A stretch of 64,000 nt of DNA, taken from NCBI RefSeq assembly GCF_964355755.1, contig NC_092680.1, forward strand, positions 11,470,001 through 11,534,000, given 5' to 3'. Each line of letters begins with the position of its first letter. The first letter of the stretch is position 1. Shown here piece after piece: positions 25,651 through 40,435 of this stretch. This DNA is from Antedon mediterranea. Its lineage: Eukaryota > Animalia > Echinodermata. Below the pieces are notes generated by a model, which did not search any database, was not told the origin of the DNA, and saw only the letters and a list, made by a program, of their open reading frames with translations. The translations under genes and the position numbers were made by a program.

Positions 25651-28600
25651 GTCTCAAAATGCGATTTGAAGCTTTTCTAAGCACTTTGGTGTTTTTATCT
25701 TAACAAGTTTTTTCGAAAATCACGAAATGGTCTAAAATGTCTCCAAATGCGATTTGAAGATATTCTGAGCACTTTGGTGTTTTTATGTTAAAAAGTTTTT
25801 TCGAAAATCACAAAATGGTCTAAAACGTCTCCAAATGCGATTTGAAGCTCTTCTGTACACTTTGATGTTTTGTGTGAAAAAGTTTTGTCGAAATGCTCAA
25901 AATGGTCTAAAACGTTTTTAAATACGATATTAAGCTGTTTTGTGCACTTTGATGATTTGTGTGAAAAGTTTTAACGAAATGCTCAAAATGGTCTAAAACG
26001 GTTTCTAATGTGATTTTAAGCACTTTGATGTTTTTGTGTAACCAAGTTTTTTCGAAAATCACAAAATAGTCTAAAACGTCTCCAAATGCGATTTGAAGCT
26101 TTTCTAAGCACTTTGGTGTTTTTATGTTAACAAGTTTTTTCGAAAATCACAAAATGGTCTAAAACGTCTCCAAATGCGATTTGAGGATATTCTGAGCACT
26201 TTGGTGTTTTTTTGTTAAAAAGTTTTTTCGAAAATCACAAAATGGTCTAAAACGTCTCCAAATGCGATTTGAAGCTATTCTGTACACTTTGATGTTTTGT
26301 GTGAAAAAGTTTTGTCGAAATGCTCAAAATGGTCTAAAACGTTTTTAAATACGATATTAAGCTATTTTGTGATCTTTGATGTTTTTGTGTGAAAAGTTTT
26401 ATCGAAATGCTCAAAATGGTCTAAAACGGTTTCTATTGTGATTTTGAGCACTTTGATGATTTTGTGTAACCAAGTTTCATCGAAATGTACAAAATGGTCT
26501 AAAACGTCTCCAAATGCGATTTGAAGCTATTCTAAGTACTTTTGTGTTTTTATGTTAACAAGTTTTTTCGAAAATCACAAAATGGTCTAAAACGTCTCAA
26601 AATGCGATTTGAAGCTATTCTGTACACTTTGATGTTTTGTGTGAAAAAGTTTTGTCGAAATGCTCAAAATGGTCTAAAACGTTTTTAAAACGATATTAAG
26701 CTATTTTGTGCTCTTTGATGTTTTTGTGTAACCAAGTTTCATCGAAATCAACAAAATGGTCTAATACGTCTCCAAATGCGATTTGAAGCTTTTCCAAGCT
26801 TTTTGCTGTTTTTATGTTAAGTTTTTTCGAAAATCACAAAATGGTCTAAAACGTCTTCAAATGCGATTTGAAGCTATTCTGTACACTTTGATGTTTTGTG
26901 TGAAAAAGTTTTGTCGAAATGCTCAAAATGGTCTAAAACGTTTTTAAATACGATATTAAGCTATTTTGTGATCTTTGATGTTTTTGTGTGAAAAGTTTTA
27001 TCAAAATGCTCAAAATGGTCTGAAACGGTTTCTAATGCGATTTGAAGCTATTCTGTACACTTTGAAGTTTTGTGTGAAAAAGTTTTCTCGAAATGCTCAA
27101 AATGGTCTAAAACGTTTTTATATACCATATTAAGCTATTTTGTGCACTTTGATGTTTTTTTTGAAAAGTTTTATCGAAATGCTCAAAATGGTCTAAAACG
27201 GTTTCTATTGGGATTTTAAGCACTTTGATGATTTTGTGTAACCAAGTTTCATCGAAAATCACAAAATGGTCTAAAACGTCTCCAAATGCGATTTGAAGCT
27301 TTTCTAAGCACTTTTGTGTTTTTATGTTAACAAGTTTTTTCGAAAATCACAAAATGGTCTAAAACGTCTTCAAATGCGATTTGAAGCTATTCTGTACACT
27401 TTTATGTTTTGTGTGAAAAAGTTTTGTCGAAATTCTCAAAATGGTCTAAAACGTTTTTAAATACGATATTAAGCTGTTTTGTGCACTTTGATGATTTGTG
27501 TGAAAAGTTTTAACGAAATGCTCAAAATGGTCTAAAACGGTTTCTAATGTGATTTTAAGCACTTTGATGTTTTTGTGTAACCAAGTTTTTTCGAAAATCA
27601 CAAAATAGTCTAAAACGTCTCCAAATGCGATTTGAAGCTTTTCTAAGCACTTTGGTGTTTTTATGTTAACAAGTTTTTTCGAAAATCACAAAATGGTCTA
27701 AAACGTCTCCAAATGCGATTTGAGGATATTCTGAGCAGTTTGGTGTTTTTTTGTTAAAAAGTTTTTTCGAAAATAACAAAATGGTCTAAAACGTCTCCAA
27801 ATGCGATTTGAAGCTATTCTGTACACTTTGATGTTTTGTGTGAAAAAGTTTTGTCGAAATGCTCAAAATGGTCTAAAACGTTTTTAAATACGATATTAAG
27901 CTATTTTGTGATCTTTGATGTTTTTGTGTGAAAAGTTTTATCGAAATGCTCAAAATGTTCTAAAACGGTTTCTATTGTGATTTTAAGCACTTTGATGATT
28001 TTGTGTAACCAAGTTTCATCGAAATGTACAAAATGGTCTAAAACGTCTCCAAATGCGATTTGAAGCTATTCTAAGTACTTTTGTGTTTTTATGTTAACAA
28101 GTTTTTTCGAAAATCACAAAATGGTCTAAAACGTCTTCAAATGCGATTTGAAGCTATTCTGTACACTTTGATGTTTTGTGTGAAAAAGTTTTGTCAAAAT
28201 GCTCAAAATGGTCTAAAACGTTTTTAAAACGATATTAAGCTATTTTGTGCTCTTTGATGTTTTTGTGTAACCAAGTTTCATCGAAAATCACAAAATGGTC
28301 TAAAACGTCTCCAAATGCGATTTGAAGCTTTTCTAAGCACTTTGGTGTTTTTATGTTAACAAGTTTTTTCGAAAATCACAAAATGGTCTAAAACGTCTCC
28401 AAATGCGATTTGAAGCTCTTCTGTACACTTTGATGTTCTGTGTGAAAAAGTTTTGTCGAAATTCTCAAAATGGTCTAAAAGGTTTTTAAATACGATATTA
28501 AGCTGTTTTGTGCACTTTGATGATTTGTGTGAAAAGTTTTAACGAAATGCTCAAAATGGTCTAAAACGGTTTCTAATGTGATTTTAAGCACTTTGATGTT

Positions 28601-28914
28601 TTTGTGTAACCAAGTTTTTTCGAAAATCACAAAATGGTCTAATACGTCTCCAAATGCGATTTGAAGCTTTTCCAAGCACTTTGCTGTTTTTATGTTAAGT
28701 TTTTTCGAAAATCACAAAATGGTCTAAAACGTCTTCAAATGCGATTTGAAGCTATTCTGTACACTTTGATGTTTTGTGTGAAAAAGTTTTGTCGAAATGC
28801 TCAAAATGGTCTAAAACGTTTTTAAATACGATATTAAGCTATTTTGTTATCTTTGATGTTTTTGTGTGAAAAGTTTTATCAAAATGCTCAAAATGGTCTG
28901 AAACGGTTTCTAAT

Positions 28915-31900
28915 GCGATTTGAAGCTATTCTGTACACTTTGATGTTTTGTGTGAAAAAGTTTTGTCAAAATGCTCAAAATGGTCTAAAACGTTTTTAAA
29001 ACGATATAAAGCTATTTTGTGCTCTTTGATGTTTTTGTGTAACCAAGTTTCATCGAAAATCACAAAATGATCTAAAACGTCTCCAAATGCGATTTGAAGC
29101 TTTTCTAAGCACTTTGGTGTTTTTATGTTAACAAGTTTTTTCGAAAATCACAAAATGGTCTAAAACGTCTCCAAATGCGATTTGAAGCTCTTCTGTACAC
29201 TTTGATGTTTTGTTTGAAAAAGTTTTGTCGAAATTCTCAAAATGGTCTAAAACGTTTTTAAATACGATATTAAGCTGTTTTGTGCACTTTGATGATTTGT
29301 GTGAAAAGTTTTAACGAAATGCTCAAAATGTTCTAAAACGGTTTCTAATGTGATTTTAAGCACTTTGATGTTTTTGTGTAACCAAGTTTTATCGAAAATC
29401 ACAAAATAGTCTAAAACGTCTCCAAATGCGATTTGAAGCTTTTCTAAGCACTTTGGTGTTTTTATGTTAACAAGTTTTTTCGAAAATCACAAAATGGTCT
29501 AAAACGTCTCCAAATGCGATTTGAAGCTATTCTAAGTACTTTTGTGTTTTTATGTTAACAAGTTTTTTCGAAAATCACAAAATGGTCTAAAACGTCTTCA
29601 AATGCGATTTGAAGCTATTCTGTACACTTTGATGTTTTGTGTGAAAAAGTTTTGTCAAAATGCTCAAAATGGTCTAAAACGTTTTTAAAACGATATTAAG
29701 CTTTTTTGTGCTCTTTGATGTTTTTGTGTAACCAAGTTTCATCGAAAATCACAAAATGGTCTAAAACGTCTCCAAATGCGATTTGAAGCTTTTCTAAGCA
29801 CTTTGGTGTTTTTATGTTAACAAGTTTTTTCGAAAATCACAAAATGGTCTAAATCGTCTCCAAATGCGATTTGAAGCTCTTCTGTACACTTTGATGTTTT
29901 GTTTGAAAAAGTTTTGTCGAAATTCTCAAAATGGTCTAAAACGTTTTTAAATACGATATTAAGCTGTTTTGTGCACTTTGATGATTTGTGTGAAAAGTTT
30001 TAACGAAATGCTCAAAATGGTCTAAAACGGTTTCTAATGTGATTTTAAGCACTTTGATGTTTTTGTGTAACCAAGTTTTTTCGAAAATCACAAAATAGTC
30101 TAAAACGTCTCCAAATGCGATTTGAAGCTTTTCTAAGCACTTTGGTGTTTTTATGTTAACAAGTTTTTTCGAAAATCACAAAATGGTCGAAAACGTCTCA
30201 AAATGCGATTTGAGGATATTCTGAGCACTTTGGTGTTTTTTTGTTAAAAAGTTTTTTCGAAAATCACAAAATGGTCTAAAACGTCTCCAAATGCGATTTG
30301 AAGCTATTCTGTACACTTTGATGTTTTGTGTGAAAAAGTTTTGTCGAAATGCTCAAAATGGTCTAAAACGTTTTTAAATACGATAATAAGCTATTTTGTG
30401 ATCTTTGATGTTTTTGTGTGAAAAGTTTTATCGAAATGCTCAAAATGGTCTAAAACGTTTTTAAAACGATATTAAGCTATTTTGTGCTCTTTGATGTTTT
30501 TGTGTAACCAAGTTTCATCGAAAATCACAAAATGGTCTAAAACGTCGCCAAATGCGATTTGAAGCTATTCTGTACACTTTGATGTTTTGTGTGAAAAAGT
30601 TTTGTCGAAATGCTCAAAATGGTCTAAAACGTTTTTAAAACGATATTAAGCTATTTTGTGCTCTTTGATGTTTTTGTGTAACCAAGTTTCATCGAAAATC
30701 ACAAAATGGTCTAAAACGTCTCCAAATGCGATTTGAAGCTTTTCTAAGCACTTTGGTGTTTTTATGTTAACAAGTTTTTTCGAAAATCACAAAATGGTCT
30801 AAAACGTCTCCAAATGCGATTTGAAGCTCTTCTGTACACTTTGATGTTTTGTTTGAAAAGGTTTTGTCGAAATTTTCAAAATGGTCTAAAACGTTTTTAA
30901 ATACGATATTAAGCTGTTTTGTGCACTTTGATGATTTGTGTGAAAAGTTTTAACGAAATGCTCATAATGGTCTAAAACGGTTTCTAATGTGATTTTAAGC
31001 ACTTTGATGTTTTTGTGTAACCAAGTTTTTTCGAAAATCACAAAATAGTCTAAAACGTCTCCAAATGCGATTTGAAGCTTTTCTAAGCACTTTGGTGTTT
31101 TTATGTTAACAAGTTTTTTCGAAAATCACAAAATGGTCTAAGACGTCTCCAAATGCGATTTGAGGATATTCTGAGCACTTTGGTGTTTTTTTGTTAAAAA
31201 GTTTTTTCGAAAATCACAAAATGGTCTAAAATGTCTCCAAATGCGATTTGAAGCTATTCTGTACACTTTGATGTTTTATGTGAAAAAGTTTTGTCGAAAT
31301 GCTCAAAATGGTCTAAAACGTTTTTAAATACGATATTAAGCTATTTTGTGATCTTTGATGTTTTTGTGTGAAAAGTTTTATCGAAATGCTCAAAATGGTC
31401 TAAAACGTTTTTAAAACGATATTAAGCTATTTTGTGCTCTTTGATGTTTTTGTGTAACCAAGTTTCATCGAAAATCACAAAATGGTCTAAAACGTCGCCA
31501 AATGCGATTTGAAGCTTTTCTAAGCACTTTGGTGTTTTTATGTTAACAAGTTTTTTCGAAAATCACGAAATGGTCTAAAATATCTCCAAATGCGATTTGA
31601 AGATATTCTGAGCACTTTGGTGTTTTTATGTTAAAAAGTTTTTTCGAAAATCACAAAATGGTCTAAAACGTCTCCAAACGCGATTTGAAGCTCTTCTGTA
31701 CACTTTGATGTTTTGTGTGAAAAAGTTTTGTCGAAATTCTCAAAATGGTCTAAAACGTTTTTAAATACGATATTAAGCTGTTTTGTGCACTTTGATGATT
31801 TGTGTGAAAAGTTTTAACGAAATGCTCAAAATGGTCAAAAACGGTTTCTAATGTGATTTTAAGCACTTTGATGTTTTTGTGTAACCAAGTTTTTTCAAAA

Positions 31901-34900
31901 ATCACAAAATGGTCTAAAACGTCTCCAAATGCGATTTGAAGCTTTTCTAAGCACTTTGGTGTTTTTATGTTAACAATTTTTTTCGAAAATCACAAAATGG
32001 TCTAAAACGTCTCCAAATGCGATTTGAAGATATTCTGAGCACTTTGGTGTTTTTATGTTAAAAAGTTTTTTTGAAAATCACAAAATAGTCTAAAACGTCT
32101 CCAAATGCGATTTGAAGCTATTCTGTACACTTTGATGTTTTGTGTGAAAAAGTTTTGTCGAAATGCTCAAAATGGTCTAAAACGTTTTTAAAACGATATT
32201 AAGCTATTTTGTGCTCTTTGATGTTTTTGTGTAACCAAGTTTCATCGAAAATCACAAAATGGTCTAAAACGTCTCAAAATGCGATTTGAAGCTTTTCTAA
32301 GCACTTTGGTGTTTTTATGTTAACAAGTTTTTTCGAAAATCACGAAATGGTCTAAAATGTCTCCAAATGCGATTTGAAGATATTCTGAGCACTTTGGTGT
32401 TTTTATGTTAAAAAGTTTTTTCGAAAATCACAAAATGGTCTAAAACGTCTCCAAATGCGATTTGAAGCTCTTCTGTACACTTTGATGTTTTGTGTGAAAA
32501 AGTTTTGTCGAAATGCTCAAAATGGTCTAAAACGTTTTTAAATACGATATTAAGCTGTTTTGTGCACTTTGATGATTTGTGTGAAAAGTTTTAACGAAAT
32601 GCTCAAAATGGTCTAAAACGGTTTCTAATGTGATTTTAAGCACTTTGATGTTTTTGTGTAACCAAGTTTTTTCGAAAATCACAAAATAGTCTAAAACGTC
32701 TCCAAATGCGATTTGAAGCTTTTCTAAGCACTTTGGTGTTTTTATGTTAACAAGTTTTTTCGAAAATCACGAAATGGTCTAAAATGTCTCCAAATGCGAT
32801 TTGAAGATATTCTGAGCACTTTGGTGTTTTTATGTTAAAAAGTTTTTTCGAAAATCACAAAATGGTCTAAAACGTCTCCAAATGCGATTTGAAGCTCTTC
32901 TGTACACTTTGATGTTTTGTGTGAAAAAGTTTTGTCGAAATGCTCAAAATGGTCTAAAACGTTTTTAAATACGATATTAAGCTATTTTGTGATCTTTGAT
33001 GTTTTTGTGTGAAAAGTTTTATCGAAATGCTCAAAATGGTCTAAAACGGTTTCTATTGTGATTTTAAGCACTTTGATGATTTTGTGTAACCAAGTTTCAT
33101 CGAAATGTACAAAATGGTCTAAAACGTCTCCAAATGCGATTTGAAGCTATTCTAAGTACTTTTGTGTTTTTATGTTAACAAGTTTTTTCGAAAATCACAA
33201 AATGGTCTAAAACGTCTTCAAATGCGATTTGAAGCTATTCTGTACACTTTGATGTTTTGTGTGAAAAAGTTTTGTCAAAATGCTCAAAATGGTCTAAAAC
33301 GTTTTTAAAACGATATTAAGCTATTTTGTGCTCTTTGATGTTTTTGTGTAACCAAGTTTCATCGAAAATCACAAAATGATCTAAAACGTCTCCAAATGCG
33401 ATTTGAAGCTTTTCTAAGCACTTTGGTGTTTTTATGTTAACAAGTTTTTTCGAAAATCACAAAATGGTCTAAAACGTCTCCAAATGCGATTTGAAGCTCT
33501 TCTGTACACTTTGATGTTTTGTTTGAAAAAGTTTTGTCGAAATTCTCAAAATGGTCTAAAACGTTTTTAAATACGATATTAAGCTGTTTTGTGCACTTTG
33601 ATGATTTGTGTGAAAAGTTTTAACGAAATGCTCAAAATGTTCTAAAACGGTTTCTAATGTGATTTTAAGCACTTTGATGTTTTTGTGTAACCAAGTTTTA
33701 TCGAAAATCACAAAATAGTCTAAAACGTCTCCAAATGCGATTTGAAGCTTTTCTAAGCACTTTGGTGTTTTTATGTTAACAAGTTTTTTCGAAAATCACA
33801 AAATGGTCTAAAACGTCTCCAAATGCGATTTGAAGCTATTCTAAGTACTTTTGTGTTTTTATGTTAACAAGTTTTTTCGAAAATCACAAAATGGTCTAAA
33901 ACGTCTTCAAATGCGATTTGAAGCTATTCTGTACACTTTGATGTTTTGTGTGAAAAAGTTTTGTCAAAATGCTCAAAATGGTCTAAAACGTTTTTAAAAC
34001 GATATTAAGCTATTTTGTGCTCTTTGATGTTTTTGTGTAACCAAGTTTCATCGAAAATCACAAAATGGTCTAAAACGTCTCCAAATGCGATTTGAAGCTT
34101 TTCTAAGCACTTTGGTGTTTTTATGTTAACAAGTTTTTTCGAAAATCACAAAATGGTCTAAATCGTCTCCAAATGCGATTTGAAGCTCTTCTGTACACTT
34201 TGATGTTTTGTTTGAAAAAGTTTTGTCGAAATTCTCAAAATGGTCTAAAACGTTTTTAAATACGATATTAAGCTGTTTTGTGCACTTTGATGATTTGTGT
34301 GAAAAGTTTTAACGAAATGCTCAAAATGGTCTAAAACGGTTTCTAATGTGATTTTAAGCACTTTGATGTTTTTGTGTAACCAAGTTTTTTCGAAAATCAC
34401 AAAATAGTCTAAAACGTCTCCAAATGCGATTTGAAGCTTTTCTAAGCACTTTGGTGTTTTTATGTTAACAAGTTTTTTCGAAAATCACAAAATGGTCGAA
34501 AACGTCTCAAAATGCGATTTGAGGATATTCTGAGCACTTTGGTGTTTTTTTGTTAAAAAGTTTTTTCGAAAATCACAAAATGGTCTAAAACGTCTCCAAA
34601 TGCGATTTGAAGCTATTCTGTACACTTTGATGTTTTGTGTGAAAAAGTTTTGTCGAAATGCTCAAAATGGTCTAAAACGTTTTTAAATACGATAATAAGC
34701 TATTTTGTGATCTTTGATGTTTTTGTGTGAAAAGTTTTATCGAAATGCTCAAAATGGTCTAAAACGTTTTTAAAACGATATTAAGCTATTTTGTGCTCTT
34801 TGATGTTTTTGTGTAACCAAGTTTCATCGAAAATCACAAAATGGTCTAAAACGTCGCCAAATGCGATTTGAAGCTATTCTGTACACTTTGATGTTTTGTG

Positions 34901-37900
34901 TGAAAAAGTTTTGTCGAAATGCTCAAAATGGTCTAAAACGTTTTTAAAACGATATTAAGCTATTTTGTGCTCTTTGATGTTTTTGTGTAACCAAGTTTCA
35001 TCGAAAATCACAAAATGGTCTAAAACGTCTCCAAATGCGATTTGAAGCTTTTCTAAGCACTTTGGTGTTTTTATGTTAACAAGTTTTTTCGAAAATCACA
35101 AAATGGTCTAAAACGTCTCCAAATGCGATTTGAAGCTCTTCTGTACACTTTGATGTTTTGTTTGAAAAAGTTTTGTCGAAATTTTCAAAATGGTCTAAAA
35201 CGTTTTTAAATACGATATTAAGCTGTTTTGTGCACTTTGATGATTTGTGTGAAAAGTTTTAACGAAATGCTCAAAATGGTCTAAAACGGTTTCTAATGTG
35301 ATTTTAAGCACTTTGATGTTTTTGTGTAACCAAGTTTTTTCGAAAATCACAAAATAGTCTAAAACGTCTCCAAATGCGATTTGAAGCTTTTCTAAGCACT
35401 TTGGTGTTTTTATGTTAACAAGTTTTTTCGAAAATCACAAAATGGTCTAAAACGTCTCCAAATGCGATTTGAGGATATTCTGAGCACTTTGGTGTTTTTT
35501 TGTTAAAAAGTTTTTTCGAAAATCACAAAATGGTCTAAAATGTCTCCAAATGCGATTTGAAGCTATTCTGTACACTTTGATGTTTTATGTGAAAAAGTTT
35601 TGTCGAAATGCTCAAAATGGTCTAAAACGTTTTTAAATACGATATTAAGCTATTTTGTGATCTTTGATGTTTTTGTGTGAAAAGTTTTATCGAAATGCTC
35701 AAAATGGTCTAAAACGTTTTTAAAACGATATTAAGCTATTTTGTGCTCTTTGATGTTTTTGTGTAACCAAGTTTCATCGAAAATCACAAAATGGTCTAAA
35801 ACGTCGCCAAATGCGATTTGAAGCTTTTCTAAGCACTTTGGTGTTTTTATGTTAACAAGTTTTTTCGAAAATCACGAAATGGTCTAAAATATCTCCAAAT
35901 GCGATTTGAAGATATTCTGAGCACTTTGGTGTTTTTATGTTAAAAAGTTTTTTCGAAAATCACAAAATGGTCTAAAACGTCTCCAAACGCGATTTGAAGC
36001 TCTTCTGTACACTTTGATGTTTTGTGTGAAAAAGTTTTGTCGAAATTCTCAAAATGGTCTAAAACGTTTTTAAATACGATATTAAGCTGTTTTGTGCACT
36101 TTGATGATTTGTGTGAAAAGTTTTAACGAAATGCTCAAAATGGTCAAAAACGGTTTCTAATGTGATTTTAAGCACTTTGATGTTTTTGTGTAACCAAGTT
36201 TTTTCAAAAATCACAAAATGGTCTAAAACGTCTCCAAATGCGATTTGAAGCTTTTCTAAGCACTTTGGTGTTTTTATGTTAACAAGTTTTTTCGAAAATC
36301 ACAAAATGGTCTAAAACGTCTCCAAATGCGATTTGAAGATATTCTGAGCACTTTGGTGTTTTTATGTTAAAAAGTTTTTTTGAAAATCACAAAATAGTCT
36401 AAAACGTCTCCAAATGCGATTTGAAGCTATTCTGTACACTTTGATGTTTTGTGTGAAAAAGTTTTGTCGAAATGCTCAAAATGGTCTAAAACGTTTTTAA
36501 AACGATATTAAGCTATTTTGTGCTCTTTGATGTTTTTGTGTAACCAAGTTTCATCGAAAATCACAAAATGGTCTAAAACGTCTCAAAATGCGATTTGAAG
36601 CTTTTCTAAGCACTTTGGTGTTTTTATGTTAACAAGTTTTTTCGAAAATCACGAAATGGTCTAAAATGTCTCCAAATGCGATTTGAAGATATTCTGAGCA
36701 CTTTGGTGTTTTTATGTTAAAAAGTTTTTTCGAAAATCACAAAATGGTCTAAAACGTCTCCAAATGCGATTTGATGCTCTTCTGTACACTTTGATGTTTT
36801 GTGTGAAAAAGTTTTGTCGAAATGCTCAAAATGGTCTAAAACGTTTTTAAATACGATATTAAGCTGTTTTGTGCACTTTGATGATTTGTGTGAAAAGTTT
36901 TAACGAAATGCTCAAAATGGTCTAAAACGGTTTCTAATGTGATTTTAAGCACTTTGATGTTTTTGTGTAACCAAGTTTTTTCGAAAATCACAAAATAGTC
37001 TAAAACGTCTCCAAATGCGATTTGAAGCTTTTCTAAGCACTTTGGTGTTTTTATGTTAACAAGTTTTTTCGAAAATCACGAAATGGTCTAAAATGTCTCC
37101 AAATGCGATTTGAAGATATTCTGAGCACTTTGGTGTTTTTATGTTAAAAAGTTTTTTCGAAAATCACAAAATGGTCTAAAACGTCTCCAAATGCGATTTG
37201 AAGCTCTTCTGTACACTTTGATGTTTTGTGTGAAAAAGTTTTGTCGAAATGCTCAAAATGGTCTAAAACGTTTTTAAATACGATATTAAGCTATTTTGTG
37301 ATCTTTGATGTTTTTGTGTGAAAAGTTTTATCGAAATGCTCAAAATGGTCTAAAACGGTTTCTATTGTGATTTTAAGCACTTTGATGATTTTGTGTAACC
37401 AAGTTTCATCGAAATGTACAAAATGGTCTAAAACGTCTCCAAATGCGATTTGAAGCTATTCTAAGTACTTTTGTGTTTTTATGTTAACAAGTTTTTTCGA
37501 AAATCACAAAATGGTCTAAAACGTCTTCAAATGCGATTTGAAGCTATTCTGTACACTTTGATGTTTTGTGTGAAAAAGTTTTGTCAAAATGCTCAAAATG
37601 GTCTAAAACGTTTTTAAAACGATATTAAGCTATTTTGTGCTCTTTGATGTTTTTGTGTAACCAAGTTTCATCGAAAATCACAAAATGATCTAAAACGTCT
37701 CCAAATGCGATTTGAAGCTTTTCTAAGCACTTTGGTGTTTTTATGTTAACAAGTTTTTTCGAAAATCACAAAATGGTCTAAAACGTCTCCAAATGCGATT
37801 TGAAGCTCTTCTGTACACTTTGATGTTTTGTTTGAAAAAGTTTTGTCGAAATTCTCAAAATGGTCTAAAACGTTTTTAAATACGATATTAAGCTGTTTTG

Positions 37901-39338
37901 TGCACTTTGATGATTTGTGTGAAAAGTTTTAACGAAATGCTCAAAATGTTCTAAAACGGTTTCTAATGTGATTTTAAGCACTTTGATGTTTTTGTGTAAC
38001 CAAGTTTTATCGAAAATCACAAAATAGTCTAAAACGTCTCCAAATGCGATTTGAAGCTTTTCTAAGCACTTTGGTGTTTTTATGTTAACAAGTTTTTTCG
38101 AAAATCACAAAATGGTCTAAAACGTCTCCAAATGCGATTTGAAGCTATTCTAAGTACTTTTGTGTTTTTATGTTAACAAGTTTTTTCGAAAATCACAAAA
38201 TGGTCTAAAACGTCTTCAAATGCGATTTGAAGCTATTCTGTACACTTTGATGTTTTGTGTGAAAAAGTTTTGTCAAAATGCTCAAAATGGTCTAAAACGT
38301 TTTTAAAACGATATTAAGCTATTTTGTGCTCTTTGATGTTTTTGTGTAACCAAGTTTCATCGAAAATCACAAAATGGTCTAAAACGTCTCCAAATGCGAT
38401 TTGAAGCTTTTCTAAGCACTTTGGTGTTTTTATGTTAACAAGTTTTTTCGAAAATCACAAAATGGTCTAAATCGTCTCCAAATGCGATTTGAAGCTCTTC
38501 TGTACACTTTGATGTTTTGTTTGAAAAAGTTTTGTCGAAATTCTCAAAATGGTCTAAAACGTTTTTAAATACGATATTAAGCTGTTTTGTGCACTTTGAT
38601 GATTTGTGTGAAAAGTTTTAACGAAATGCTCAAATCGGTCTAAAACGGTTTCTAATGTGATTTTAAGCACTTTGATGTTTTTGTGTAACCAAGTTTTTTC
38701 GAAAATCACAAAATAGTCTAAAACGTCTCCAAATGCGATTTGAAGCTTTTCTAAGCACTTTGGTGTTTTTATGTTAACAAGTTTTTTCGAAAATCACAAA
38801 ATGGTCGAAAACGTCTCAAAATGCGATTTGAGGATATTCTGAGCACTTTGGTGTTTTTTTGTTAAAAAGTTTTTTCGAAAATCACAAAATGGTCTAAAAC
38901 GTCTCCAAATGCGATTTGAAGCTATTCTGTACACTTTGATGTTTTGTGTGAAAAAGTTTTGTCGAAATGCTCAAAATGGTCTAAAACGTTTTTAAATACG
39001 ATATTAAGCTATTTTGTGATCTTTGATGTTTTTGTGTGAAAAGTTTTATCGAAATGCTCAAAATGGTCTAAAACGTTTTTAAAACGATATTAAGCTATTT
39101 TGTGCTCTTTGATGTTTTTGTGTAACCAAGTTTCATCGAAAATCACAAAATGGTCTAAAACGTCGCCAAATGCGATTTGAAGCTATTCTGTACACTTTGA
39201 TGTTTTGTGTGAAAAAGTTTTGTCGAAATGCTCAAAATGGTCTAAAACGTTTTTAAAACGATATTAAGCTATTTTGTGCTCTTTGATGTTTTTGTGTAAC
39301 CAAGTTTCATCGAAAATCACAAAATGGTCTAAAACGTC
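28915..39338 (+). repeat. Second run of the 4,309-bp 50-mer HOR, ~2.4 copies
   Basis: GGTCGAAAAC at 30185, 34494 and 38803 (spacing 4309). gatctaaaac at 29069, 33378 and 37687. Confidence 0.92.
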
Positions 39339-40435
39339 GCCAAATGCGATTTGAAGCTATTCTGTACACTTTGATGTTTTGTGTGAAAAAGTTTTGTCAA
39401 AATGCTCAAAATGGTCTAAAACGTTTTTAAAACGATATTAAGCTATTTTGTGCTCTTTGATGTTTTTGTGTAACCAAGTTTCATCGAAAATCACAAAATG
39501 GTCTAAAACGTCTCCAAATGCGATTTGAAGCTTTTCTAAGCACTTTGGTGTTTTTATGTTAACAAGTTTTTTCGAAAATCACAAAATGGTCTAAATCGTC
39601 TCCAAATGCGATTTGAAGCTCTTCTGTACACTTTGATGTTTTGTTTGAAAAAGTTTTGTCGAAATTCTCAAAATGGTCTAAAACGTTTTTAAATACGATA
39701 TTAAGCTGTTTTGTGCACTTTGATGATTTGTGTGAAAAGTTTTAACGAAATGCTCAAAATGGTCTAAAACGGTTTCTAATGTGATTTTAAGCACTTTGAT
39801 GTTTTTGTGTAACCAAGTTTTTTCGAAAATCACAAAATAGTCTAAAACGTCTCCAAATGCGATTTGAAGCTTTTCTAAGCACTTTGGTGTTTTTATGTTA
39901 ACAAGTTTTTTCGAAAATCACAAAATGGTCGAAAACGTCTCAAAATGCGATTTGAGGATATTCTGAGCACTTTGGTGTTTTTTTGTTAAAAAGTTTTTTC
40001 GAAAATCACAAAATGGTCTAAAACGTCTCCAAATGCGATTTGAAGCTATTCTGTACACTTTGATGTTTTGTGTGAAAAAGTTTTGTCGAAATGCTCAAAA
40101 TGGTCTAAAACGTTTTTAAATACGATATTAAGCTATTTTGTGATCTTTGATGTTTTTGTGTGAAAAGTTTTATCGAAATGCTCAAAATGGTCTAAAACGT
40201 TTTTAAAACGATATTAAGCTATTTTGTGCTCTTTGATGTTTTTGTGTAACCAAGTTTCATCGAAAATCACAAAATGGTCTAAAACGTCGCCAAATGCGAT
40301 TTGAAGCTATTCTGTACACTTTGATGTTTTGTGTGAAAAAGTTTTGTCGAAATGCTCAAAATGGTCTAAAACGTTTTTAAAACGATATTAAGCTATTTTG
40401 TGCTCTTTGATGTTTTTGTGTAACCAAGTTTCATC
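38230..40435 (+). repeat. Tandem duplication of a 13-monomer unit (1,124 bp)
   Basis: GGTCGAAAAC at 38803 and 39927; the 13 monomer lengths sum to 1124. This explains the offset shift from 28,388 to 29,512. Boundaries are approximate. Confidence 0.85.

Noticed and set aside
28475-28675. 66-aa minus-strand ORF
   Set aside because: Chance stop-free frame through ~2.5 monomers at a chimeric junction; no coding signature.
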